A DNA stretch of 64,000 nucleotides from Streptomyces virus Karimac (IMGVR_UViG_2974575442_000001), one strand, 5' to 3'. Positions 10,707 through 19,608 are shown, counted from the stretch's first letter. Numbers and translations are program-made. Notes: a model not told the origin generated them from the sequence alone.

Positions 10707-11231
10707 TTGCCTAAAGAGCTAGAGCAGATCGACAGAATTGAGCGAATGAATGATGTCGTGACTGCATATCTTAAGGGCGACAATCCTACTCAGATTGCCA
10801 AGATCACTGGGCTTAAGCGCGCAGAAGTGCTTGAATATATTGAAGAGTGGCGCGTAGTCGCTCAGAACAACAAGACTATTCAAGCACGAGCGACTGAGGC
10901 ATTGACCTCAATGGATGAGCATTATAATATGATCATCCGTGAACTGTGGGAAACGATGGAGCAGGCCGACTTGAATAACGATTTCAAGCTAAAGGCCACA
11001 GTTCTAAAGTCTCTCGCAGACGTTGAAGGCAAGAGAGTTGACCTCTTGCAGAAGGCAGGACTTCTCGATAATCAGCAAATTGGTGATGAAGTAATCGAGA
11101 TGGAGAAGAAGCACGAAATCCTTATTGGAATTCTGCGAGAAGTAACCTCCGACTGTCCTCACTGTAAGGTAGAGGTCGCCAGAAGACTTTCCAGCGTAAC
11201 GGGCAAGACAGAAACAATTGTCGTCCCCTGA
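10707..11231 (+). CDS. putative terminase small subunit / HTH DNA-binding protein
   Basis: 174 aa with HTH-like segment (NPTQIAKITGLKRAEVLEYI); lies immediately upstream of the large terminase. Confidence 0.35.
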   Translation: MPKELEQIDRIERMNDVVTAYLKGDNPTQIAKITGLKRAEVLEYIEEWRVVAQNNKTIQARATEALTSMDEHYNMIIRELWETMEQADLNNDFKLKATVLKSLADVEGKRVDLLQKAGLLDNQQIGDEVIEMEKKHEILIGILREVTSDCPHCKVEVARRLSSVTGKTETIVVP

Positions 11232-11289
11232 TCAATAATCCTATATCCTTTCATGATATACTATTCAATATGAAAGGATATAGGATTTT

Positions 11290-13113
11290 TTGATGTCAAC
11301 AGACTTTACCGAGTTCTTCAATGCTCTATCAGACGAAGACTTTGAAGAGATTCCAGTTGATATTGAGACATTCGTTCAGAGTCCCGACTATTTGGGAATG
11401 CCTCATCTGTCCGAATATCAGTATCAGCTTATTCGTGCCTCCAGTCAGATCTATAAGGAGAGCACGCTTTACAACATTTACGAGGCACAAAAGGCCCGGC
11501 AGAGATGGCAGGAGACCTGTAACGAAGTAATCGCCTGTCTTGGAAAGGGTAGTGGTAAGGACTTCACATCAACCATTGCCTGCGCCTATATCGTGTATCT
11601 CTTGCTATGCCTGCGTAATCCAGCAAAGTATTTTGGAAAGCCTGCTGGAGACTCCATTGACATTCTCAACATTGCTATCAACGCAGCACAGGCCAACAAC
11701 GTCTTCTTCAAGGGCTTCAAGAGCCGTATCGAGGGCTCCCCCTGGTTTGTAGGAAAGTTCACGACTAAGGCGGGCCACATCGCATTTGATAAAAACGTGA
11801 ACGTCTACTCAGGCCACTCAGAGCGTGAAGCCTGGGAGGGCTACAACCTGATCTACTGCGTCCTTGACGAGATCTCAGGTTTTGCGCTAGACTCTACATC
11901 AGGAAACGAACAGGCAAAGACTGCTGATGCTGTCTACAAGATGTATCGAGCATCTGTGGACTCTCGATTCCCTGCCGAAGGAAAGGTAGTTCTTCTATCA
12001 TTCCCAAGATTCAAGAACGACTTCATTTCCCAGAGATATGAAGCTGTTGTTGCTGAAAAGCAGGTTATCGAAAGACAGCACACCTTCAAGCTAGATCCAG
12101 ACCTCCCAGATGAAATTGAGGAAAACAAGTTCTCAATTAAGTGGGAAGAGGATCACATTGTTTCTTATAACATTCCACGTGTATATGCGTTGAAGCGTCC
12201 TACATGGGAAGTAAATCCAACGCGTAGAATTGAAGATTTTACCACCGCGTTCTTTACTGATCCTGTTGATGCATTGTCTCGTTTTGCATGCATGCCGCCT
12301 GACGCAATTGACGCCTTCTTCAAGGATAAGGAGAAGGTCGAAGCGGCATTCTGTCGTCCAAATCCAATTGATGAAGATGGCACCTACAGCCCTGACTTTG
12401 TTCCAAAGGAAGGTGTGCGATACTATGTTCACGTTGACCTTGCACAGAAGCACGACCGGTGTGCAGTGGCTCTTGCGCATGTGGAGAAGTTTGTCCAAAA
12501 GAAGATCGGTGGTCAACTAAACGAAGTATTGCCATTTGTTGTGGTTGATGCTGTAAGATGGTGGACACCGAAGCCAGGACAAGACATTGACTTTGCTGAT
12601 GTTCGAGAGTACATTACTGGATTGAAGCGAAGAGGATTTGATCTAAGACTTGTAACCTTTGACCGATGGAACTCTAATGACCAGATGAAATATCTGCGAG
12701 GAGTTGGAATTAATTCAGAGGTGCTTTCTGTAGCAAAGAAGCATTACGAAGACTTGAGTTGGGTCGTATATGATCAAAGACTCATCGGTCCTGATGCTGG
12801 CGTTCTTCGCAGAGAGCTGCTACAGTTGAGAATCATGCCGAACGACAAGGTTGATCACCCAAGAACTGGCTCAAAGGACTTGGCTGACGCAACTTGTGGC
12901 GCGGTGCACAATGCGATCACACACACGCCTCGTGAAGAGAATGCTGTTATTGAGGTCCAGACCTATGAGACTCTTCGACGTGCAGAAGTTCAGGCTCGTC
13001 AGGAAGAGGTTGACAGCCAGCGAGAACGTGATAATGTGATTATAGCTCCTCGTGAGAGGCGTGAGATGCCTGATGACATTCAGGAATATCTCACGAGGCT
13101 AGAAATTATCTAA
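11290..13113 (+). CDS. terminase large subunit
   Basis: 607 aa; ATPase Walker A LGKGSGKD and Walker B VLDEISG; C-terminal RNaseH-like acidic residues; followed by HNH nuclease. Confidence 0.65.
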   Translation: MMSTDFTEFFNALSDEDFEEIPVDIETFVQSPDYLGMPHLSEYQYQLIRASSQIYKESTLYNIYEAQKARQRWQETCNEVIACLGKGSGKDFTSTIACAYIVYLLLCLRNPAKYFGKPAGDSIDILNIAINAAQANNVFFKGFKSRIEGSPWFVGKFTTKAGHIAFDKNVNVYSGHSEREAWEGYNLIYCVLDEISGFALDSTSGNEQAKTADAVYKMYRASVDSRFPAEGKVVLLSFPRFKNDFISQRYEAVVAEKQVIERQHTFKLDPDLPDEIEENKFSIKWEEDHIVSYNIPRVYALKRPTWEVNPTRRIEDFTTAFFTDPVDALSRFACMPPDAIDAFFKDKEKVEAAFCRPNPIDEDGTYSPDFVPKEGVRYYVHVDLAQKHDRCAVALAHVEKFVQKKIGGQLNEVLPFVVVDAVRWWTPKPGQDIDFADVREYITGLKRRGFDLRLVTFDRWNSNDQMKYLRGVGINSEVLSVAKKHYEDLSWVVYDQRLIGPDAGVLRRELLQLRIMPNDKVDHPRTGSKDLADATCGAVHNAITHTPREENAVIEVQTYETLRRAEVQARQEEVDSQRERDNVIIAPRERREMPDDIQEYLTRLEII

Positions 13114-13126
13114 GGAAGGTCATGCC

Positions 13127-13654
13127 ATGCCTGCTTTAAAGCAGAACCGTAAGGAAATTGTCAAGACTCTCCTAGTTCGTGATGGTAACCTTTGTAGTCA
13201 CCCCGATTGCGGGTTACCATTCACCAAGGAGAAGCCTGCTACTATTGACCACTGGTTACCTTTGAGTGCTGGTGGAACATGGGAACTAACTAACCTAGTT
13301 CTTATGCACCAGAAGTGTAACGCAGCTAAGGGAGACAAGATCCCCCTTGACGACGGTACGCTTCCTGTGGTACAAAAGAAGCAGAGGGTTGACCGCGCAG
13401 TTAAGCGGGCTGCTCGTCCAGTAGTTTGTGAGCGTTGTCAGTCTGGTAGGCTGCTCGGTCCAGACGAAGAGTGTGAGCAGTGTGGAAGCGGTCCTATGCC
13501 GCCAACATACCCTCAATGGTCTAAGATGAAGCCAAACGAGTGTACGCACGAAGGCATCTGGTGGTGCTGGTGCTGCATGTCTGGTATCATCGAAAGACAA
13601 CCAGCAAGCAAGTACGTCTTTAATGGCGGTGAGCCAGGCATAGACCTGGCGTGA
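13127..13654 (+). CDS. HNH endonuclease
   Basis: HWLPLSAGG...LMHQKCNAAKG HNH motif plus Cys-rich C-terminus. Confidence 0.65.
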   Translation: MPALKQNRKEIVKTLLVRDGNLCSHPDCGLPFTKEKPATIDHWLPLSAGGTWELTNLVLMHQKCNAAKGDKIPLDDGTLPVVQKKQRVDRAVKRAARPVVCERCQSGRLLGPDEECEQCGSGPMPPTYPQWSKMKPNECTHEGIWWCWCCMSGIIERQPASKYVFNGGEPGIDLA

Positions 13655-13663
13655 AAGGATTAA

Positions 13664-14284
13664 ATGTCTACTACTACAGCAATGTTGCTCATCGTTGATC
13701 GATCTGGTAGCATGTCTAGTATCCAGATGGAAGCTGAGCAAGCGCTGAATGACTTCCTGACTAAGCAGAAGGCTGTTGACGGCCGATGTGGAGTCAAGGT
13801 TGTTCAGTTTGATGGTGAAGTAGAAGATCTATTTGGTCCAGTTGCTCTAGCTCAAGCTCCTGAGATTAAGATCGTTCCTCGTGGAATGACTGCACTACTT
13901 GACGCAATCGGCAAGTCTGTGACAGAATTCAGGGAGACGATGGATCATATGCCGGTGGATAAGCGACTCGTCGTTATTCTCACCGATGGTCTTGAGAATG
14001 TGTCTCAGGAGTGGAAGCTAGATGCAGTTAATAAGCTGATTAGCGAGTCAAGGGAGCTGGGCTACGAGTTCATCTTCCTTGCCGCTAACCAGGATGCAAT
14101 TGCAACTGGCGCTCAGATGGGTATTCCAACAGCTTCAAGTTTGACCTTTGCGGCTAGTCCGGCTGGTGTACGTGGCATGGGAATGACTATGGACATGTAC
14201 GTCACCAACTATCGTGAAGGTAAGGCAGCAGAATTCACTGATCAGGATCGGGCCACAGCGTCCGGTTTGACAGACGAAGACTGA
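13664..14284 (+). CDS. von Willebrand factor A domain protein
   Basis: MIDAS motif DRSGSMS near N-terminus; vWA-like length. Confidence 0.55.
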   Translation: MSTTTAMLLIVDRSGSMSSIQMEAEQALNDFLTKQKAVDGRCGVKVVQFDGEVEDLFGPVALAQAPEIKIVPRGMTALLDAIGKSVTEFRETMDHMPVDKRLVVILTDGLENVSQEWKLDAVNKLISESRELGYEFIFLAANQDAIATGAQMGIPTASSLTFAASPAGVRGMGMTMDMYVTNYREGKAAEFTDQDRATASGLTDED

Positions 14285-14304
14285 TCTGTTAGAGTAGTAA
14301 ATGT

Positions 14305-14368
14305 GGGTCGAAGGGCTCGGTCGGTTATCTTACATTGGAAATAGAAAGGTCATTAAATTGGCCACCCG
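14305..14368 (+). ncRNA. Y-RNA-like element (degenerate copy), 5' motif GGGTCGAAGGG...TCGGTTATCTTACA
   Basis: Aligns closely with the 22370 locus (GGGCCGAATGGAATCGGTTATCTTACAC...); terminal helix not convincingly found. Confidence 0.3.
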
Positions 14369-14392
14369 ACTCCCAACACTTATCCACATAAT

Positions 14393-14466
14393 GCGGATGT
14401 AGTTTAATGGTAAAACCCCTGCCTTCCAAGCAGACGACGGGAGTTCGATTCTCCTCATCCGCTCCA
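14393..14466 (+). tRNA. tRNA-Gly (anticodon TCC)
   Basis: Cloverleaf by hand: acceptor gcggatg/catccgc, T-arm gggagttcgattctcc, anticodon loop ctTCCaa, CCA encoded. Confidence 0.8.
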
Positions 14467-14595
14467 TAGACCCGGATTCGCCTCTGTCATCTTTTGTGAT
14501 ATGCTACCGGCGAGATGTAGTCTAGAATGCATCTCGGTATCTGACCCGGATATGTTAAGAGAGCGCCAGGCTCTACAACTGGCAGGGTAACACAT

Positions 14596-14667
14596 TCCCC
14601 ATTGGTGTAACCGGCAACACAGCAGACTCTGACTCTGTCGTTCCTAGTTCGAATCTAGGGTGGGGAG
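14596..14667 (+). tRNA. tRNA-Gln (anticodon CTG)
   Basis: Acceptor tccccat/gtgggga, D stem gtgt/acac, anticodon loop ctCTGac, T-arm cctagttcgaatctagg. Confidence 0.6.
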
Positions 14668-14791
14668 CTGGTCCGACTTTACGATATCGGCGGAAATAAT
14701 CGAATCGGAACGCACGCAATAACCTAGGTAAAGGTGCGGAATGAGGAGAGGAAATATGCGGGAAGCGATGGGTAAAACCTCCTCGGACCGA
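14668..14791 (+). ncRNA. Y-RNA-like ncRNA with CTGGTCCGA 5' motif
   Basis: 5' CTGGTCCGA is identical to the conserved 5' end of metazoan Y RNAs; pairs with 3' TCGGACCG to close a ~124-nt RNA; contains AATCGAATCGG motif shared with other loci. Confidence 0.45.
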
Positions 14792-14899
14792 CAATTTGTG
14801 GCCTAGTTGCAGGCCAGAATAGAATAGTGGATCTCCCTGGGTTAGGCGCTTACGCCGTCCACTGTTTGAATTCAAAGGGGTCACGCCCAAGCAACTTAT

Positions 14900-14971
14900 G
14901 CGCCCTTAGTGTAATGGCTTTGCACACGAGCTTCCAAACCTCTTAGAGTGGGTTCGATTCCTACAGGGCGT
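14900..14971 (+). tRNA. tRNA-Trp (anticodon CCA)
   Basis: Acceptor gcgccct/agggcgt, anticodon loop ttCCAaa (one C-C mismatch in stem), T-arm gtgggttcgattcctac. Confidence 0.5.
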
Positions 14972-14985
14972 GCTTGTATAATAGA

Positions 14986-15016
14986 AAACCCCGGTGCTCA
15001 ATGTGCCGGGGTTTAG
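14986..15016 (+). terminator. hairpin ccccggtg...caccgggg followed by ttta
   Basis: 8-bp GC-rich stem after the tRNA cluster; overlaps the annotated GTG start of ORF 14994. Confidence 0.4.
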
Positions 15017-15476
15017 CATTGGAGTAATATGGGATACTACACTTCGATATGAACTAGAGATCGTAAGAGACAGCGAAAGAGCCAAGGATCTCATAGACTC
15101 TGCTGATAGCGTTACAATCCCTGGAAGCTACGATCTGAATCTATCTAGACTGCTCAACGGCAACTATGATACGATGAAGTGGTACGACTGGGAAAGTGAC
15201 ATGGCAAGTCTGTCAAAGGATTGGCCAAACGTCCTCTTTGCTCTAAGCGGAGAAGGCGAGGAGCCCGGTGATCTTTGGAAGGCTTGGGTGCGAAACGGCA
15301 AGGTCATCAAGGTACAGGGTAAGATTGTTTACGATGTACCAGACATTGACAAAGTGCTTCCAGTCAACGATACTGTAGAAGAGAAGTACAGAGCACAGAA
15401 GAAGGCAGAGCTTCAAGCCACAATCAAGGATCTTGAGAATAGGCTAGCGGAGCTTAAGGGACTATCTAAGGATTAA
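14994..15476 (+). CDS. hypothetical protein (start uncertain)
   Basis: ORF with GTG start inside a hairpin; no in-frame ATG until late; coiled-coil C-terminus. Confidence 0.35.
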   Translation: MLNVPGFSIGVIWDTTLRYELEIVRDSERAKDLIDSADSVTIPGSYDLNLSRLLNGNYDTMKWYDWESDMASLSKDWPNVLFALSGEGEEPGDLWKAWVRNGKVIKVQGKIVYDVPDIDKVLPVNDTVEEKYRAQKKAELQATIKDLENRLAELKGLSKD

Positions 15477-15477
15477 G

Positions 15478-15645
15478 ATGGCACTCGTTGGAAACAGCAA
15501 TACTTGTTGGTTTCAGCGGTGTGGCAACAAGCCAATCCATCGAATTAGGTACTACAACAAAACTGTAATGGTTTGCAACAAGCACAAGAATCTCGATGGT
15601 GCAGGCTGTGCGCCTAGTCGCAGAAGGCCAAAAGGTTCAGCTTGA
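15478..15645 (+). CDS. small Cys-rich protein (55 aa)
   Basis: ATG directly after the previous stop; CxxxxC...C..H pattern; below ORF-track size cutoff. Confidence 0.25.
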   Translation: MALVGNSNTCWFQRCGNKPIHRIRYYNKTVMVCNKHKNLDGAGCAPSRRRPKGSA

Positions 15646-15701
15646 CAGACGCTACAGGGTCTGTTAGTATTAAGTACAACGCAGCAAGCAGTTGCTGCTA
15701 T

Positions 15702-15773
15702 CTGGCACGGGGAAGATGGTAATCCATTCGCTTTGGAAGCGTAAGAAACCCGGTTCGATTCCGGGGTGCCAGA
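15702..15773 (+). tRNA. tRNA, probable Pro (anticodon TGG), atypical
   Basis: Acceptor ctggcac/gtgccag, T-arm cccggttcgattccggg, anticodon loop ttTGGaa with one T-T mismatch in stem. Confidence 0.45.
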
Positions 15774-15796
15774 CTCGGACTGCAAAAGCAGTCTAT

Positions 15797-15871
15797 CGGG
15801 ATGTAGCTCAGCTTGGTCAGAGCGCGCCGTTTGGGGCGGTGAAGTCGCAGGTTCGAATCCTGTCATCCCGA
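15797..15871 (+). tRNA. tRNA-Pro (anticodon TGG)
   Basis: Acceptor cgggatg/catcccg, D stem gctc/gagc, anticodon loop ttTGGgg (G37), T-arm gcaggttcgaatcctgt. Confidence 0.7.
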
Positions 15872-15877
15872 CAATTT

Positions 15878-15943
15878 GGGTCGAATGGGTAACGGTTATC
15901 ACTCAATGGATAATAGGTTCGATTCCTATCGCTGGGTTCGCCC
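15878..15943 (+). ncRNA. Y-RNA-like ncRNA (best-supported copy)
   Basis: 5' GGGTCGAATGGGTAACGGTTATCACTCAATGG resembles human Y1/Y4 5' regions (GGTCCGA[AT]GGTAGTG[AG]GTTATC...); terminal helix GGG[T]CGAA/TTCGCCC with a single bulged nucleotide; internal T-arm-like hairpin taggttcgattccta. Confidence 0.55.
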
Positions 15944-16034
15944 GGTAGATACAAGTCATCTCAGATTGTGTGTGGTAGGATGACATTAAGGACTACACAC
16001 TCTCCGTTCCCGCCTTATACCTAAAGGACTTATT

Positions 16035-16556
16035 ATGACGGTACTTCTTAGGACTATCCACGGAAGCCATCTGTATGGCCTCGCTCACGCAAACAGCGAT
16101 AAGGACATTTACGAAGTAATTGCAACCAATCGCACGAAGCGTAAGCGAAACATTAAGCAAACCATTGCGAATGGTGTTGACAAGACGACGGTAGATATGT
16201 CAACATTTATGAAGATGGTTGATGATTGCGTACCTCAAGCACTTGAAGCGCTATGGACGCCGGTCGCTGAGATCGATAAGATCCACGAATTCCGGACACA
16301 ATATCGAGTGAATCGCGCCAAGATGAAAGATGTGTACGTACGAACTGCCCTTAACTTCGCTAAGGGTGATGGGGTAAAGCAGAAGAAGCACGCAGTGCGA
16401 TTGCTGTTGAACCTTGGTCACACTTTGGAGTTTGGAAAGTTCAATCCTCGATTGGGTGCAATGGATAAGATCATTATCAATGCATCTGTCGGAGACGCGG
16501 GAAAGTATGATGCCGTGTTCGACGCTCTAATTGATGAGGTCGGCCGGTGGATATAA
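16035..16556 (+). CDS. minimal nucleotidyltransferase (Pol-beta superfamily)
   Basis: HGSHLYGLAHANSDKD matches the hG[GS]x9-13Dh[DE] NTase signature; sits inside the tRNA cluster. Confidence 0.45.
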   Translation: MTVLLRTIHGSHLYGLAHANSDKDIYEVIATNRTKRKRNIKQTIANGVDKTTVDMSTFMKMVDDCVPQALEALWTPVAEIDKIHEFRTQYRVNRAKMKDVYVRTALNFAKGDGVKQKKHAVRLLLNLGHTLEFGKFNPRLGAMDKIIINASVGDAGKYDAVFDALIDEVGRWI

Positions 16557-16565
16557 TCCCACCAC

Positions 16566-16642
16566 TGGGGCGTATACCCTCTGTCTGATAAACAGTTGAA
16601 AGGTTAAGTGGTCACATGTGGGTTCAACTCCCACCGTCCCAA
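16566..16642 (+). tRNA. tRNA-like element, possible Ile (GAT), non-canonical D region
   Basis: Acceptor tggggcg/cgtccca and T-arm gtgggttcaactcccac are good; anticodon hairpin ctgt-ctGATaa-acag; no regular D arm. Confidence 0.35.
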
Positions 16643-16682
16643 CTGGTCTCCTTGGTGAGACAAGTAACAGAAAAACTAAATC

Positions 16683-18494
16683 ATGGTGGATTTCGACAAG
16701 AAGCATTCTAAAGAACTTGTGAAACTCCCTGACTCAGACCTAGAGCATAGCTCTAGGTCTTTTAGGCTTTCCAGTCAGGGTGCTATTAGGCATGTCTCAG
16801 GTGGGGCACGCCTAAGTATGAAGAATCTGATTGACTGGTTGACTGTTGCAGACTACAAGATTGAGATTGCTAAGGCTCGTCATGAAGGCAATCATGAGAA
16901 GGCTCGCAAGCTGCGAATGGAACAACAGAAGCACGCACAACCACGCAGGAAGAGATTCTACATTTGCCTGGCGGCTACTCTAGCCATCACAGCATGGCTT
17001 ACAAGTGCATTCGGTGCAGTGACATTTGGCGCGGTGGCGGTGAGCCTCTTGATCCTCTTTGCCATAGTAGGAGTAACTAACAAGACTTACATCTTTGGCG
17101 AAGAGGTAGAAGATCAGGAAGAGGACGTTATGGCTCCATTCCCAATTGCTGACGCTCGTAATAGAGAAGAAGCAATTGAATGTCTACGCAGAGCCCTTCT
17201 TGCAGAGGGAATCACACCAAGGAATATCCTTGAACCAACTCGCTACAACTGGGGTTGGGAGTTTCCAGTCATTCTTCGTAAGGGAACCCCTGACGATGTA
17301 ATGGCCAAGACAAAGGATATGGAAACCTTGATGAGACTTCCTGCTGATGGAATGCTTGTCGCGGCCACTAGATTCAGAGCCGAAGTAATCATTCGTCTAA
17401 TGCAGTCTGACCCATTTGCTGATATGACTGGGCTAGGAAGGGCTGAGCCTCTTTCCCGTTCTATCAAGAACAAGTACAAGGTTGCACAGCGAATGGATGG
17501 ACAGTTCCTTGAGCTTTCTTTGCTAAGAAATCACGCAGTCATCATCGCCGCGCCTGGTGGTGGTAAGTCTATGTTCATGAGAACACTAGCAGACATCACT
17601 ACTAGTTGCAGAGATTGTGTGACTTGGGACATTGATCCCGGTGGAAATGGTCTTGAAGTATTCGGAGACGCTATTGCACGTAGAGGTAGAACAGAAGCTG
17701 AAATTGAAGAAATGCTAACCGAGGCTCTGGAGTATACCAAGATTCGTGCAAAGAAGCTGACCAAGCTTCGCATGGGTGACAATTGGCAGCCAACCAGAGA
17801 ACATCCAGCAGTTGTCATTTTCATTGATGAGTTCATTCAGCTTAGCAAGAAGTGTAAGGATTTGGCCGTAGACATTATTCGCAATGGTCGAAAGTCAGCA
17901 ATCACAGTCATTCTAGCTGCACAGCAGGCAACCAAGGATCAGCTTGGAGCGGCTATTGCAGACGCTGTATCAATTAAGGTAATGTTTGCCTCCCGTCACG
18001 CCGACATCCCTTTGGTATTTGGAGAGGGAGCCATCAGCCAAGGTTGGAGGCCAGATAAGCTTCACCCTGCATCTGGAGAAGATCCAGAAGACGCGGGTAA
18101 ATGTTACATTATGGGCGGTGGCTCAAGAGAGCCATATCTCTACAAGGCATTCCCAATTGATCCAGAAGAAGCTATTGAAATCGGTGACGAACGAGCCGGT
18201 GAAGGAATTGTTGAACTAGATAAGGACACTTATCTAGACGTAACAGTCACAGATGTAACAGACAGGCGACTGCTCGAAGACATCGTAGACATCTTTGAGA
18301 ACTTTGATGAGCATGACTGGCTCCCTGCCAGCATCTTGACCAAGGAACTCCGAGGTTACGGACACACCTTGACAGCTCGTCAGCTACATGAGATTCTAGG
18401 TAACACCGGTCGGGAGAGCCGAGTATGGGAAGGCTCTAAGTACAAGGTTGCCGGTTATTTCAGAAAGAACATCGAGAAGCAACTGGAGCAGTAA
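16683..18494 (+). CDS. FtsK/SpoIIIE/TraG-like membrane-anchored P-loop ATPase
   Basis: Two N-terminal hydrophobic helices; Walker A AAPGGGKSMF; Walker B VVIFIDEF. Confidence 0.5.
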   Translation: MVDFDKKHSKELVKLPDSDLEHSSRSFRLSSQGAIRHVSGGARLSMKNLIDWLTVADYKIEIAKARHEGNHEKARKLRMEQQKHAQPRRKRFYICLAATLAITAWLTSAFGAVTFGAVAVSLLILFAIVGVTNKTYIFGEEVEDQEEDVMAPFPIADARNREEAIECLRRALLAEGITPRNILEPTRYNWGWEFPVILRKGTPDDVMAKTKDMETLMRLPADGMLVAATRFRAEVIIRLMQSDPFADMTGLGRAEPLSRSIKNKYKVAQRMDGQFLELSLLRNHAVIIAAPGGGKSMFMRTLADITTSCRDCVTWDIDPGGNGLEVFGDAIARRGRTEAEIEEMLTEALEYTKIRAKKLTKLRMGDNWQPTREHPAVVIFIDEFIQLSKKCKDLAVDIIRNGRKSAITVILAAQQATKDQLGAAIADAVSIKVMFASRHADIPLVFGEGAISQGWRPDKLHPASGEDPEDAGKCYIMGGGSREPYLYKAFPIDPEEAIEIGDERAGEGIVELDKDTYLDVTVTDVTDRRLLEDIVDIFENFDEHDWLPASILTKELRGYGHTLTARQLHEILGNTGRESRVWEGSKYKVAGYFRKNIEKQLEQ

Positions 18495-18709
18495 TGGAAC
18501 TATTGATGGTTGGCCCGGTGTTCCTGTGGGTTCTGGTCACTCTCTATCTTGTAAAGAAGAAGGGTAGGCAGTGGCCAGATCTCTTTTGGGGAATTCTTGG
18601 CGGGCTCATCGTTGCCAAGCTATTTCCAGAGACTCCGAACACGATTTTCAATCTGTTCTCAGGAGCATGGGATGGCATCGTGAGCATCTTCCAGAGCGTC
18701 AGCGGTTGA
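18494..18709 (+). CDS. small membrane protein
   Basis: 71 aa, two hydrophobic helices; ATGA overlap with upstream gene. Confidence 0.35.
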   Translation: MELLMVGPVFLWVLVTLYLVKKKGRQWPDLFWGILGGLIVAKLFPETPNTIFNLFSGAWDGIVSIFQSVSG

Positions 18710-18757
18710 CAGACCAACTGATGAGCTGTAAGCTGTAGCTAAAGGTCTTCGGACCGA

Positions 18758-18831
18758 GCGCCTGTAGCATATGTGGTTGATGCGCCAGTCTTATAAACTG
18801 GAGAAAGCGGGTTCAAATCCCGCCAGGCGTA
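18758..18831 (+). tRNA. tRNA-Ile (anticodon TAT)
   Basis: Acceptor gcgcctg/caggcgt, D stem gcat/atgc, anticodon stem ccagt/actgg with loop ctTATaa, T-arm gcgggttcaaatcccgc. Confidence 0.6.
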
Positions 18832-18857
18832 CTTTGTAATCAACCGAAGGGATCGAA

Positions 18858-19031
18858 ATGGCTCTATCAAAGCTATTTCCTGTGGGGACTCGGGTAAAGG
18901 TTACTCGTGGCTCCTATAAGAACAAGTATGGTCACGTTCGTCTCGTGGGTAATGATCACAAGATCGTCATCCTTGAGAATGGTGGAACACCGCTGTATGG
19001 TGTGAGTGATGAGATGGTTCAAAGGGCCTGA
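18858..19031 (+). CDS. small KOW/SH3-like protein (family member)
   Basis: 57 aa; GTRVKVTRGSYKNKYGHV...IVILENGG pattern shared with at least 8 other small ORFs. Confidence 0.35.
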   Translation: MALSKLFPVGTRVKVTRGSYKNKYGHVRLVGNDHKIVILENGGTPLYGVSDEMVQRA

Positions 19032-19039
19032 TGGCCTAA

Positions 19040-19113
19040 GCTCCTGTGGCCCAAAGGCAGAGGCGAACGGCTTAAACCCGTTTCAAGTGTCGGTTCGAGT
19101 CCGACTGGGAGCA
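19040..19113 (+). tRNA. class-I tRNA with Leu anticodon TAA (short variable arm, A73)
   Basis: Acceptor gctcctg/tgggagc, perfect anticodon stem aacgg/ccgtt with loop ctTAAac, 6-nt variable region, T-arm gtcggttcgagtccgac. Confidence 0.55.
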
Positions 19114-19114
19114 C

Positions 19115-19429
19115 ATGATGACACTGAATGAACTGATGAAGTGCAGGCGTTGCCACCGACATGAGCCCTTGTGGTCACATGCTCTTGGAACCTTTTGCAC
19201 AGAATGTGCGCATCTGGCAGACAAGATCATGGATGATGATTGCAAGATTCTTGCGTTTCTTGCTTATGAAGTCCATGAGTTTGCTGAGGGAGATGCTGTC
19301 TGGGATCTTGAAACTGGAGATCATGGATACTTCTTCACGGAGGGATTGCAGTGCCATCATGTTCTGATCGATGGCGAAATCCGTCAATTCAACAAGATGA
19401 ACATCTATCTCTCAAACCTGGAGGTTTGA
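19115..19429 (+). CDS. Cys/His-rich putative zinc-binding protein
   Basis: CRRCHRH...CTEC motifs; ATG directly after the tRNA. Confidence 0.4.
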   Translation: MMTLNELMKCRRCHRHEPLWSHALGTFCTECAHLADKIMDDDCKILAFLAYEVHEFAEGDAVWDLETGDHGYFFTEGLQCHHVLIDGEIRQFNKMNIYLSNLEV

Positions 19430-19608
19430 TGGACAACAAGGATAAGCTTGAAGTTGGCACCAAGGTCATCGTTGGATCTGACAAGAAGAAGGGTGAGATC
19501 TGGGATCTCGGAACGAATCCTACTCTTGTTAAGGTTCTGATGAAGGAGGGCGCTTGGGAGGGGCAGGTTATGCTTGTCGTTCTTAAGCAGGTCAAGCTTG
19601 ACAAGTGA
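19429..19608 (+). CDS. small KOW/SH3-like protein
   Basis: MDNKDKLEVGTKVIVGSDKKKGEI... family pattern; RBS ggagg. Confidence 0.35.
   Translation: MDNKDKLEVGTKVIVGSDKKKGEIWDLGTNPTLVKVLMKEGAWEGQVMLVVLKQVKLDK

Noticed and set aside
14573-14890. Minus-strand ORF (105 aa) and similar ORFs 15552-15902(-), 15692-15892(+), 15766-15948(+), 22139-22411(+), 28088-28303(+), 33913-34242(-), 34158-34466(-), 36427-36902(-)
   Set aside because: They run through tRNA, tmRNA or Y-RNA-like genes and are rich in Gly/Ser/Pro/Arg typical of translated structured RNA. Treated as spurious.
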